Assembly (NCBI GenBank): GCA_963820525.1
Contig: CAWGAA010000002.1
Coordinates: 608,001 to 672,000 of the forward strand
Direction of reading: 5' to 3'
From: an uncultured Spirochaetota bacterium
GTDB lineage: Bacteria; Spirochaetota; Spirochaetia; SZUA-6; Fen-1364
DNA: 64,000 nt
Each line of letters opens with the position of its first letter. Within the stretch, counting starts at the first letter, position 1. The notes below the pieces were generated by a model. That model was given only the letters and a program-made list of their open reading frames with translations. It ran no database searches and was not told the DNA's origin. The position numbers and the translations under genes were made by a program. Below, in pieces: positions 48,099 through 57,101 of this stretch.

Positions 48099-49967
48099 CT
48101 ATCCTCGGTGCAGCGCGGAGAAGTTGGCGAGCGCCGCGATGCGGTTTGAGTGTTCATCCGGGCTCATGTAAGGGGTGTTCGCGTTCATCGCATCGGCCAT
48201 GGCGACGAAACGCCGCTGCCGGCAGTATCTCGCGTCCGCGGCTTGAGCCATCTGGGCAATGCCGGAGCGATCGAAGGGCTTGGTGATCACGTAGCGGACC
48301 ATGCCCTCGGCCGATGCAATGATGGTTGCTCCGCCCCGGAACGGCACACCGCCGAACCTCTGCCGCTCGCCGGCGTCCTGTTGGGCGAACTGCGCCACAA
48401 GCTCTATCAGCAGCCGGCCGTTGGGCGCCACGCGGAACACGGGATGGAATCCGCGAACCTGGATCTTTCGAGGCGGCGTGGGGTCGAACCCGAGCGCCTG
48501 TGCGTTCGCTTGAGCGTACTGGGCGAGCTGACGCGCGAACTCCTCGTTCAAGTCGAGCTGGAATTCCTCTCCCTGGTCCTCCGAGGTGTACTGTGCGGGT
48601 GAGGCGAGCGCGGAGGGAAGCGTGTAGCTGGACGGAGATTCCCACCCGCCCGTATCGAATGATCTGATGGCCTGGAAAAAAACGTCTTGGAGAAGGGCCA
48701 CCGCCTCCGTTCCGATGGGTGGAAGAGGAGGGGAAGGAGTGGGCCAGAGCAGGGACTCCTCGGCCAGGGACGATACCCCATCGGGATAGATGCCGCGAAG
48801 GCGGAATGCCTCGATCATGGCGTCGCGCAGGTCGGGATCGTCCTGGATCAGCTCGTAATCCGCGGTGACAAGGGCGCGCAGGAAGTCTCCAAAGGTGACG
48901 TCCACGGGCGGCAGATACTCGAAGGCACGGATGCACATATCCACCACGCGCTGGGCCGTCTTCGCCGCCTCGGAGGCGATCCTGTTCACGAGATCGGGAT
49001 GGAGGTCACCTGAGGGAAGCTGGCCGGTGCCGCCGGTGGCGATGCGGATGAGGTCGTAGATCCGCTTCTGGTACGCCTTGTGATAGCCGTCGAACACCGC
49101 AGCCACAAGGACGGAGCCCCTGTCGTGCGGCTCCAGAAGCGAATCTGAAAGCTTCGTGCCGGGGGCATCGAGTGCGGAGCGCAGCGCCTTGCCGCTTCCT
49201 GTCGCGTAGCCGAACTGGCGGGCCAGCTCGATCAGAGGCTTCGCGGTTCTGATGTCGCTTCGCGTCCTCTGGATATGCTCGCGCAGGATGTCGGGGTAGG
49301 AGAAGTGCTGGAACAGGGCCACGATATCGGCGAATCCCTCATGGAAGGCCAGGACATCCTCGTTGGTCGGCTCGAGGAAGAGCGGCCGCAGGCGGTCCAC
49401 CAGGGCATGGGTCATCTCGTGGGTGATAATGTCGTGCGAGAGGCAGGTGAACACGGTCTGGCCCGGGAGGTTGGCCCCGGGATTGGCGGCGTCGGCATGG
49501 AAGTAGCCGAAGAGGATGGCGTTGAGGTCCCGCGAGTAGAAAGCGTTCGCCCCATAGAATGCATGGGGCAGGAGCCGCAGCTTCCTGTAGGATGAGGCTC
49601 TGCGGCCGACTCCGCTCATCCGCGTGGGATGGCCGAGGGCGCGATCGAAGTTCTCCAGCGTCTTCATCGCCACGGCGTATACCATCTGCTGGTGGAACCT
49701 CGGATCCGACTCCGAAGGCTCGAGGCCGCCCTGCATGAGAACGGCGGCGTTGTTCAGGTCCACGGACTGGTAGAAGCAGTCGCGGGCCCCGTCGTAGTCG
49801 ATGACCTCCAGCCGGGGGCCAACCGGCCCGGGCACGAGGTTCTCGTTGGCCACGTCGATATGGGCGCGGTTTCCGTACGTGCGGCCGAGAAGGGGATCCG
49901 ATGCGAAAATTTTAAGCGGGCGTCGGACGGCCTGGGCTACTCCCTGGATCGGGACCGGTCGCTGCAT
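48099..49967 (-). CDS. Cytoplasmic thermolysin-like (M4/M36-type gluzincin) metalloprotease
   Basis: NAFYS, DIITHEMTHA, FHEGFAD, EPHDRG; no signal peptide. Confidence 0.85.
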   Translation of the reverse strand: MQRPVPIQGVAQAVRRPLKIFASDPLLGRTYGNRAHIDVANENLVPGPVGPRLEVIDYDGARDCFYQSVDLNNAAVLMQGGLEPSESDPRFHQQMVYAVAMKTLENFDRALGHPTRMSGVGRRASSYRKLRLLPHAFYGANAFYSRDLNAILFGYFHADAANPGANLPGQTVFTCLSHDIITHEMTHALVDRLRPLFLEPTNEDVLAFHEGFADIVALFQHFSYPDILREHIQRTRSDIRTAKPLIELARQFGYATGSGKALRSALDAPGTKLSDSLLEPHDRGSVLVAAVFDGYHKAYQKRIYDLIRIATGGTGQLPSGDLHPDLVNRIASEAAKTAQRVVDMCIRAFEYLPPVDVTFGDFLRALVTADYELIQDDPDLRDAMIEAFRLRGIYPDGVSSLAEESLLWPTPSPPLPPIGTEAVALLQDVFFQAIRSFDTGGWESPSSYTLPSALASPAQYTSEDQGEEFQLDLNEEFARQLAQYAQANAQALGFDPTPPRKIQVRGFHPVFRVAPNGRLLIELVAQFAQQDAGERQRFGGVPFRGGATIIASAEGMVRYVITKPFDRSGIAQMAQAADARYCRQRRFVAMADAMNANTPYMSPDEHSNRIAALANFSALHRG

Positions 49968-50054
49968 GGCCGTGCCTCCTTTAAACCTTTTCTATCGAAC
50001 TTTCGCTCGGAGCATACCAACAAACGGGAAAAAGCGAAAGAGGCCATGAGTGAA

Positions 50055-50083
50055 TTGAGGGATCTGCCGCCGCCTGGTATACT
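50055..50083 (+). promoter_or_regulatory. Probable promoter of the PAP2 gene
   Basis: TTGAGG, 17 nt, TATACT with extended -10 TG. Confidence 0.5.
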
Positions 50084-50111
50084 CCCCCGGTGTGAAAGCG
50101 GGGTGAATGCC

Positions 50112-50753
50112 ATGAAAAACGGTCTCAAACGTTTATTCGCTTCAGGCGTGCTCCAGACGGGATGGATCAACGCAGCAGCCTGCGTCGTGCTTGCCGTCGG
50201 CGTATATTTCTCCAGCACGATCTATACGGGGCTGAACCATGGCCCGGCCGTGCTCCACCTTCAAACGGCCATCGACAGGGCTCTTCCCGTGGTACCCATC
50301 TTCGTCATTCCCTACGTCTCCCTGGAGCCCTATATCTATTTCAGCCTTGTTGTATTTCTCATATTCCGCACGCGAACCTTTCAATCAGCGTGCCTGGCCA
50401 TGATCGTGACATTCTTCGTAAGCTACTTCTTCTACTACTTCCTCCAGACCGAGGTGATTCGACCGGTCTTGACCGCCAACGATATGCTCACCCGCATGAT
50501 CCGGGACGTGTATGCCGGGGACAACCCGTTCAACGATTTTCCCAGCCTCCATACCTCGACATCCACGATCATCGCCATCCACTGGTTCCGCCTGGACCGG
50601 CGTCTGGGCATCGTGGCCGCCGCGTGGACTGCGCTCATCGTGGCCTCCACGGTTCTCGTCAAGCAGCATTACATCGCGGACCTCGGAGCCGGCCTCCTGC
50701 TCGCCTTTGCCGCTTCGCTTCTTTTCATGAGGCTGCTGCCGCAGAAGCGCTGA
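50112..50753 (+). CDS. PAP2-superfamily membrane phosphatase/phosphotransferase
   Basis: DNPFNDFPSLH, STVLVKQHYIAD, multiple TM segments. Confidence 0.88.
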   Translation: MKNGLKRLFASGVLQTGWINAAACVVLAVGVYFSSTIYTGLNHGPAVLHLQTAIDRALPVVPIFVIPYVSLEPYIYFSLVVFLIFRTRTFQSACLAMIVTFFVSYFFYYFLQTEVIRPVLTANDMLTRMIRDVYAGDNPFNDFPSLHTSTSTIIAIHWFRLDRRLGIVAAAWTALIVASTVLVKQHYIADLGAGLLLAFAASLLFMRLLPQKR

Positions 50754-50908
50754 GCGCCGCGCGCTCGAAACGCGCTCGTTTCGACGGCGGGCGGCTCCGC
50801 GCACCTGGAGCGCGCCCTTTCTAGCCGCGCCCGCGCCCCTGGGCGCGAGGGCTCCAACCTCGTTTGCCTTCCCATCCCGCCATGGGTACCTTGTTCACGG
50901 AGGAACCA

Positions 50909-51454
50909 ATGAGAGCATACTCTTCTGTTGCGGCGGATACGGCTGAAAAACCGTCCACGACATTCTATGATTTTTCCCTATACGACATCGATGGCAAACC
51001 CGTTTCGCTGGCCCACTATCGGGGCAAGGTGCTCCTTGTCGTCAACGTTGCCAGCAAGTGCGGGTTCACGTATCAATACGCGGCCCTCGAGGAGCTGTAC
51101 AAAAAATACCGCGGGAGCGGGTTCGAGGTTCTGGGCTTCCCCTCCAACGACTTCCTCGGCCAGGAACCGGGGAGCAACGAGCAGATCAAGGAGTTCTGCA
51201 GCCTTTCCTTCGGAGTGAGCTTTCCCCTGTTCGCCAAGATCTCGGTCCGGGGAAGAAAGATCCATCCCTTCTATCGATTTCTCACGGATAAGAAGGAGAA
51301 CCCGGGCTTCGGCGGGCCGATAAGCTGGAACTTCAACAAGTTCCTCATCGACCGCGACGGGCGGATAGTTGCCCGCTTCGGCAGCCGTGACGAACCCATG
51401 AGCGAGAAAGTCACGGCGATGGTTGAGCAGTCCCTGGAACCGGAGATCGGCTGA
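50909..51454 (+). CDS. Glutathione peroxidase family (Cys-type)
   Basis: NVASKCGFT, GFPSNDF, QEPG, WNFNKFL. Confidence 0.93.
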   Translation: MRAYSSVAADTAEKPSTTFYDFSLYDIDGKPVSLAHYRGKVLLVVNVASKCGFTYQYAALEELYKKYRGSGFEVLGFPSNDFLGQEPGSNEQIKEFCSLSFGVSFPLFAKISVRGRKIHPFYRFLTDKKENPGFGGPISWNFNKFLIDRDGRIVARFGSRDEPMSEKVTAMVEQSLEPEIG

Positions 51455-51456
51455 TC

Positions 51457-52392
51457 ATGGCCAAAGACACAATGAAGGCAATCCGTTTCCACGAGTATGG
51501 GGGGCCCGAGAAGCTCGTTCTTGATGATATCGAGCGCCCTCACCCGAAGACGAATGAAGTTCTGGTCAGGATGAAGTCCGCCGGAGTCAATCCGGCGGAC
51601 TGGAAGATTCGCGCGGGCTACATGAAGGCCTTCCGCCCTGTGGCGCTTCCCTGGATTCCGGGGCTCGACGGCGCGGGAGTCGTGGAGGAAGCGGGCCCCG
51701 ACGTGACGGCTTTCAAGCGCGGCCAGGGGGTTTTCGGCGTGATAACGGGGAGCTATGCCGAGTATGCCATCGCCCAGGCAAGCGACCTGGTTGAAAAGCC
51801 TCTCGATATCTCCTTCGACCAGGGGGCGGCAGTCCCCATTGGCGCGCTCACGGCCTGGAATGCAGTCGTGGAAGTGGCGAAGCCGCAGCCCGGCCAACGC
51901 GTGCTGGTCCTCGGAGCGGCGGGCGGCGTCGGGCTTTTCGCCGTCCAGCTTGCGCGCTGGCTTGGTGCGCATGTCATCGGCACTTCTTCCAAGGTGAACC
52001 TGGAGTTCATCCGTTCCCTGGGCGCCGAAACGGCGATCGACTACCAGGAGGCTCCCCTGGAAAAGCAGGCTCGGGAGATCGACGTGGTGATCGACACCGT
52101 CGGGGGAGAGAGCTTCGAGAGATCCTGGCTGACGCTGAAAAAGGGCGGGCTTGCGGTCACCGTCGTTGCCCAGATCCCGGAGGAGAAGGCGGGAGAGCTT
52201 GGCATTCGCGCCCAGAGGGCCGGAAGGGCATCGCCGGAGAACCTGGCGAAGATCGCCGAGCTCATTGGGACGAAGACCATCCGGCCCGTCGTAGGCCGCG
52301 TGCTCCGGGGCTTGGAGCAGGCCAGGAGCGCCCACGAGCTCAGCCAGTCCGGGCACGGCCGCGGGAGGATCGTTCTCCACATCGCCGATTAG
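51457..52392 (+). CDS. NADP-dependent oxidoreductase (MDR/quinone reductase-like)
   Basis: GVNPADWK, LTAW, GAAGGVG, GHGRGRIVL. Confidence 0.92.
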   Translation: MAKDTMKAIRFHEYGGPEKLVLDDIERPHPKTNEVLVRMKSAGVNPADWKIRAGYMKAFRPVALPWIPGLDGAGVVEEAGPDVTAFKRGQGVFGVITGSYAEYAIAQASDLVEKPLDISFDQGAAVPIGALTAWNAVVEVAKPQPGQRVLVLGAAGGVGLFAVQLARWLGAHVIGTSSKVNLEFIRSLGAETAIDYQEAPLEKQAREIDVVIDTVGGESFERSWLTLKKGGLAVTVVAQIPEEKAGELGIRAQRAGRASPENLAKIAELIGTKTIRPVVGRVLRGLEQARSAHELSQSGHGRGRIVLHIAD

Positions 52393-52447
52393 GGACGAGC
52401 CCCTTCTTCGGGAGGCGACGCGAGCGGACGCGTGAAACGCGCCCGGC

Positions 52448-53623
52448 CTACCCCTTGCCGTTGAGGAAGGTTTCAGTGAACTTCTCCAGGGAGAAGTGCC
52501 GCTCGAAAAGCTCCTCGATCTCCGCGATTTTCCCCGTGTCGTAGATCTGGAGCTTTGTGTTCTCGAAGATATCGAGGATCTTTTGCTCGGCCGATGCCGT
52601 GTCGTCCTTGACCAGGACGGTGGGAAGCCCCGCCTCCAGGATTTCTTTTCTCACCCCGGCGTCCACGACGTCGGTCTTGCCGCAGGTGAGCACGAGCCCC
52701 CCGATGGCGATCCGTTTCTCGGCCCTCACGTAGGCTTCAATGATCATCCTTGCCCGCCTGCGCGAGCTTGCAGCCAGGATCACCACGTCACCGGCGCGCA
52801 GGTAGTCCTCGATCTTGAAGGCGTGGGCGTCCATCGAGATTATCCGGGTCTGGCCGCAGGGTATCTCCCAGGCCGGGGAATCGGTTTTCTCCAGCGGCTC
52901 CGCCCCGCGGTACTTTTCCGCGATCGCACGCATGGAAGGCTTTCCCAGGTCTTCGATTTCCGGCAGGAACCCCAGGATCCGAAGCGGGCCGCCAAAAGCC
53001 CCATACTTGCTGTTGAGAAGGTCCTCCGTGACGAGATCTTCCATGCTCTTGATCTTGTCCGGGATGACCTTGTTGAAGATGATTCCCCGTACCCTGCTCT
53101 TCTTGAAGAGGAAGTAGGAGAGATCTACCTCCAGCATGTCCAGCGCCTTGCCGAGCCCTCCGCCCGAAAGGAAGATCACGCTCGCGTTCATCAGGTTGGC
53201 CACATCCGCGTTGGAAAGCCCCACGATGCCCCCGACTCCCGGGTGGCCGGTCCCCTCGGCGATGATCACCTCCTTGTTCGAGAGGCTTTCCAGGCAGGAG
53301 AGGATGTCGTCCTGCAGCTTGCGCGTTTCGCGCCTGTGGTCGTCGGATCTGAGGTATTCCTGGGTGAACCCGGAGCCGAGCTTCACGGGAGAGACGGCCC
53401 GGGGGTCGAGGTCGGGAATGCCGGAGAACTTCCTGAGGATGTTGGCGTCCTTGTCCACGAGGGTTCCGTCGGGCATCGTCACAAGCTCGTGGCCCACAGG
53501 TTTGATGTAACCGATGCGGGAGGGGTCGATGAGCTTTCGGAGGCGGGAGATGATGCCGAGGCTGGTCACCGTCTTCCCTGCGTGCTGGCGGAAGCCCGTG
53601 ATGTAGATGACGGTCGGTGCCAT
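52448..53623 (-). CDS. BioD-like P-loop + DRTGG domain protein (Pta N-terminal-like)
   Basis: QHAGKT, GYIKPVG, EGTGHPGVG, GIIFNK, DRTGG-like C-terminus. Confidence 0.85.
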   Translation of the reverse strand: MAPTVIYITGFRQHAGKTVTSLGIISRLRKLIDPSRIGYIKPVGHELVTMPDGTLVDKDANILRKFSGIPDLDPRAVSPVKLGSGFTQEYLRSDDHRRETRKLQDDILSCLESLSNKEVIIAEGTGHPGVGGIVGLSNADVANLMNASVIFLSGGGLGKALDMLEVDLSYFLFKKSRVRGIIFNKVIPDKIKSMEDLVTEDLLNSKYGAFGGPLRILGFLPEIEDLGKPSMRAIAEKYRGAEPLEKTDSPAWEIPCGQTRIISMDAHAFKIEDYLRAGDVVILAASSRRRARMIIEAYVRAEKRIAIGGLVLTCGKTDVVDAGVRKEILEAGLPTVLVKDDTASAEQKILDIFENTKLQIYDTGKIAEIEELFERHFSLEKFTETFLNGKG

Positions 53624-53624
53624 G

Positions 53625-55214
53625 CTATCTCCGCTTGGTCTCCTTGGGGTCGACCTTGTTGTTGAAGTAATACTCGCTCCCGTCGACCAGTGCCTGCCAG
53701 GAGGCCTCGATGATGTTCTCCGAAACCCCGACCGTGTCCCATGTCTCCTCGCCGTCCGAGGTCGTGATGAATACCCGTACCTTGGCCGCCGTGGCCTTTT
53801 CCGGGTTGAGAACGCGCACGCGGTAATCTGTGAGCTTGATCTTCTTGAGGAACGGGTGCAGCGGGAGCAGGGCGTCGCGCAGGGCCCCGTTGAGGGTGTC
53901 CACGGGACCGTCCCCGACGGCCGCGCCCATCAGAACGTCCCCGTTGACGCGGATGAAGATCCTCCCCACCGTCTTTGCCGGCGTGTCTCCGGACTTGTAG
54001 TTCTCCAGATGGTAGTTGCTGAGGTTCAAAAGCGGTTTGTACAGCCCCAGGGCTTTTCTGATGATTAAGTCGAAGGATGCCTCCGCCGCCTCGTACTCGT
54101 AGCCCTCGGCCTCCAGGCGCTTCAGCTCCGCCAGGAGCCGGGAGACGACCTCCGAGGACTTGTCGAAATCACCGTACTTGGAAAGCTTCTTCACGATCGT
54201 CGACTTTCCGGCGAGCTCCGAGAGCAGGATCTTGCGCTCGTTGCCCACGAGGGCGCCGTCGATGTGCTCCATGAGATGCGGCGCCTTGCTTATCACGTCG
54301 GCGTGCTGGCCAGCCTTGTGGGAGAAGGCGGCGTCGCCCACGTAGGGCTGACGCTTGTCCGGGATGATGTTCGCCTTCTCCGCAACGAAGCGGGAGAGGG
54401 AGGTGAGGTGCTTGAGGTTGGGCGCGGCGAAGATGGGGCGCTTCTGCTTGAGGCTGATGTTGGGGATGAGAACGCAGAGGTTGGCATTTCCGCAGCGCTC
54501 TCCCCAGCCATTGACGGTGCCCTGGACGTGAATGGCGCCGCAGTCGATTGCGGTGAGCGAATTGGCCACGGCGGTGCCGCAGTCGTTGTGGAAGTGGACT
54601 CCCAGGGGCCCCAGCTTCTGGCGCGGAAGCTCTCCGATGATCCGCGACACCTCAGAGGGGAGGGTTCCGCCGTTGGTGTCGCACAGAACGAGGCAGTCGG
54701 CGCCCGCTTCGGTGCCTACCTGGAGCACCTTCCTCGCGTACGCGGGATCTTCCCTGTAGCCGTCGAAGAAGTGCTCCAGGTCGAAGATCACCTCGCGTCC
54801 CGCTTTTTTCAGGGCGGTGATGCTGTCGAAGATCATGGTGAGGTTCTCGTCCGGCGTCGTCGCAAGGACATCCCGCACGTGGGCGGTCCACGACTTGCCC
54901 ACAACGGCCACGGCGGGCGTTTCGGCTTCAAGAAGCGCCAGCACCTGGGGATCGTTGGCAGCCGTGCCGCCGGGCCTGCGGGTGGATCCGAAGGCGGCGA
55001 TCCGCGCATGGCGCAGGCTCTCCTTGCGCAGCCTCTGGAAGAACTCGGCCTCCTTCCTGTTGGACAGGGGGAACCCCCCCTCGATGTAGTCGATGCCGAA
55101 CTCATCCATCGTCAAGGCGATCTGGATCTTGTCGTCCAGAGTGTAGTTGATGTCCTGGCCCTGCATCCCGTCCCGGAGTGTCGTGTCGTAGATGATGATC
55201 CGCTCGCCGCTCAT
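53625..55214 (-). CDS. cimA: Citramalate synthase
   Basis: YDTTLRDGMQG, YIEGGFP, AFGSTRR, EHFFDGY, GERCGNAN, TVGVSENIIEASWQAL. Confidence 0.92.
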   Translation of the reverse strand: MSGERIIIYDTTLRDGMQGQDINYTLDDKIQIALTMDEFGIDYIEGGFPLSNRKEAEFFQRLRKESLRHARIAAFGSTRRPGGTAANDPQVLALLEAETPAVAVVGKSWTAHVRDVLATTPDENLTMIFDSITALKKAGREVIFDLEHFFDGYREDPAYARKVLQVGTEAGADCLVLCDTNGGTLPSEVSRIIGELPRQKLGPLGVHFHNDCGTAVANSLTAIDCGAIHVQGTVNGWGERCGNANLCVLIPNISLKQKRPIFAAPNLKHLTSLSRFVAEKANIIPDKRQPYVGDAAFSHKAGQHADVISKAPHLMEHIDGALVGNERKILLSELAGKSTIVKKLSKYGDFDKSSEVVSRLLAELKRLEAEGYEYEAAEASFDLIIRKALGLYKPLLNLSNYHLENYKSGDTPAKTVGRIFIRVNGDVLMGAAVGDGPVDTLNGALRDALLPLHPFLKKIKLTDYRVRVLNPEKATAAKVRVFITTSDGEETWDTVGVSENIIEASWQALVDGSEYYFNNKVDPKETKRR

Positions 55215-55810
55215 GGCATGCCCACCCTTCGGCCCGCGGCGGATGTTGAGCTGGCCGTGCCCCCGGTGGATGCATCGGCGCCCGCGGGGGATGCGGGCGT
55301 GCTCGCGGATGGAGTGCCGGCAAAGCCGTATTTGGCCTTCAGGTAAGGTATCCATCCGCCATTGCGCACGATCTCCTCCATGAAGGCGGGAAACGGCGTC
55401 ACCTCGAGCTTCTCGCCTGAAGCGAGTGTGATGAAGCCTTCTTTTAGATTCACGTCGATGCGCTCTCCTTCCTTCACTTTCGAAGATATTCCCCGGCATT
55501 CCACGATGGGAAGCCCGATGTTGATGGCATTGCGGAAGAAGATGCGGGCAAAACTTTCCGCGATCACGCAGGAAATGCCCGCAGCCTTTATGGCGATGGG
55601 AGCGTGCTCCCGCGAGGAGCCGCAGCCGAAGTTCCTGCCCGCCGCCATGATGCCGCCCTTCTGGACGTTCTTGCCGAAGCCCGCCCGCACGTCCTCCATG
55701 AGGTTGGCGGCAAGCACCGCCGGGTCCGTGGTGTTGAGGTAGCGCGCGGCGATGATCTCGTCCGTGTTCACGTCGTTTCCAAAGAGATATACCGTTCCTT
55801 CGTATCGCAT
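55211..55810 (-). CDS. leuD: 3-isopropylmalate dehydratase small subunit
   Basis: VNTDEII, NFGCGSSREHA, SFARIFFRN. Confidence 0.93.
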   Translation of the reverse strand: MRYEGTVYLFGNDVNTDEIIAARYLNTTDPAVLAANLMEDVRAGFGKNVQKGGIMAAGRNFGCGSSREHAPIAIKAAGISCVIAESFARIFFRNAINIGLPIVECRGISSKVKEGERIDVNLKEGFITLASGEKLEVTPFPAFMEEIVRNGGWIPYLKAKYGFAGTPSASTPASPAGADASTGGTASSTSAAGRRVGMP

Positions 55811-55814
55811 CCCT

Positions 55815-57101
55815 CTAGCTTCCTTTCCTGCCGGTGGATCCCGCGATTTCCTGCGGGCCGGCGATTCTTCCCATCACGGCGCTCGCCGCGGCCGTGGCGG
55901 GGGAGGCGAGGAAGACCTCGCTCGACTTGTGGCCCATGCGGCCCACGAAATTCCTGTTGGTCGTGGAGACGCAGCGCTCCCCGGAGGCGAGGATCCCCAT
56001 GTGCCCCCCCAGGCAGGGCCCGCACGTGGGCGGGGAGATGACGGCGCCCGCGTCGAGGAAGACTTCGAAGAGGCCCTCGTCCAGTGCCTGGCGGTAGACG
56101 CCGACCGTCGCCGGAATCACCAGGCAGCGCACTCCCTTGGCAACCTTTCTGCCCTTGAGGATCTTTGCCGCAAGCCTCAGGTCCTCGATCCTTCCGTTGG
56201 TGCAGCTTCCGATGACAACCTGGTCTATGCACACCTCGGGAGTCGAGGATGCGGGGCGGACCTTCTCCGGAAGGTGGGGGTGCGCCACCACGGGGGTGAG
56301 GCCCGTCACGTCGATCTCCACGGTCCGCTCGTAGACCGCGTCGGCATCCGGGGCCACGTGCTCCCAGCGCCGATCCGTTCTGCCCTTGAGGAACTTCGCC
56401 ACCTTCGCGTCCGAGGCGAAGATGCCGTTCTTCGCCCCCGCCTCGATTGCCATGTTCGCCATGGTGAGGCGTCCTTCAACGGAAAGCGCTTCGATGGCCG
56501 GCCCGGCGAACTCCAGGGCGCGATAGGTGGCCCCGGAGACCGAGATCCTTCCGATGAGCTCGAGAATAAGGTCCTTGCCCGTGACCCAGGGGCCGAGCTT
56601 GCCCGTGAAAACGACTCGGATTGTAGGCGGGACGCGCAGCCACGCCTTTCCCGTGAGGAGGAATCCGGCGAGGTCTGTGGAGCCGACACCCGTCGAGAAG
56701 GCGCCCAAGGCGCCGTAGGTGCAGGTGTGAGAGTCCGCCCCGATGACGAGCATCCCCGGAACGACTGCTCCGATCTCGGGAAGGAGGGCGTGCTCAACCC
56801 CGACCTCTCCCTGCTCGAAGAAATGGACCCCCGCGTGAGCGCGGCTGAAGTCCCGCAGGACCTTGGCCTGCTGGGCGGACAGGATGTCCTTGTTCGGCGT
56901 GAAATGGTCCGCCACGAGGAAGACCCGCTCGGGGAAGCGGACCTTGGAGGCGCCTGCCCTGGTGAACTCCTCGATCGCGAAGGGCGCCGTGATGTCGTTC
57001 GCCAGCCCCAGGTCCGGCTCGATTTCAAGAAACTCTCCGGCCCTCACCCGGTCCCTGCCGGCTTTTACCGCGAGGATCTTCTCAGTGAGCGTCATCCCCA
57101 T
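55815..57101 (-). CDS. leuC: 3-isopropylmalate dehydratase large subunit
   Basis: GADSHTCTYG, GSCTNGR, CGPCLG, TNRNFVGRMG. Confidence 0.95.
   Translation of the reverse strand: MGMTLTEKILAVKAGRDRVRAGEFLEIEPDLGLANDITAPFAIEEFTRAGASKVRFPERVFLVADHFTPNKDILSAQQAKVLRDFSRAHAGVHFFEQGEVGVEHALLPEIGAVVPGMLVIGADSHTCTYGALGAFSTGVGSTDLAGFLLTGKAWLRVPPTIRVVFTGKLGPWVTGKDLILELIGRISVSGATYRALEFAGPAIEALSVEGRLTMANMAIEAGAKNGIFASDAKVAKFLKGRTDRRWEHVAPDADAVYERTVEIDVTGLTPVVAHPHLPEKVRPASSTPEVCIDQVVIGSCTNGRIEDLRLAAKILKGRKVAKGVRCLVIPATVGVYRQALDEGLFEVFLDAGAVISPPTCGPCLGGHMGILASGERCVSTTNRNFVGRMGHKSSEVFLASPATAAASAVMGRIAGPQEIAGSTGRKGS

Noticed and set aside
49629..50111. N-terminal extension of the PAP2 ORF, and similar extensions at 12791-13330, 15347-15631, 46552-46755, 55215-55499 and 58687-59118
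   Set aside because: They overlap other genes or regulatory RNA; family similarity and likely start signals begin at downstream starts
50755..50860. GC-rich intergenic hairpins (also 18030-18070, 24690-24790, 28745-28830, 61255-61312) as a REP or CRISPR family
   Set aside because: No shared sequence or regular spacing could be established by eye
51040..51075. Possible selenocysteine glutathione peroxidase
   Set aside because: The active-site codon is TGC
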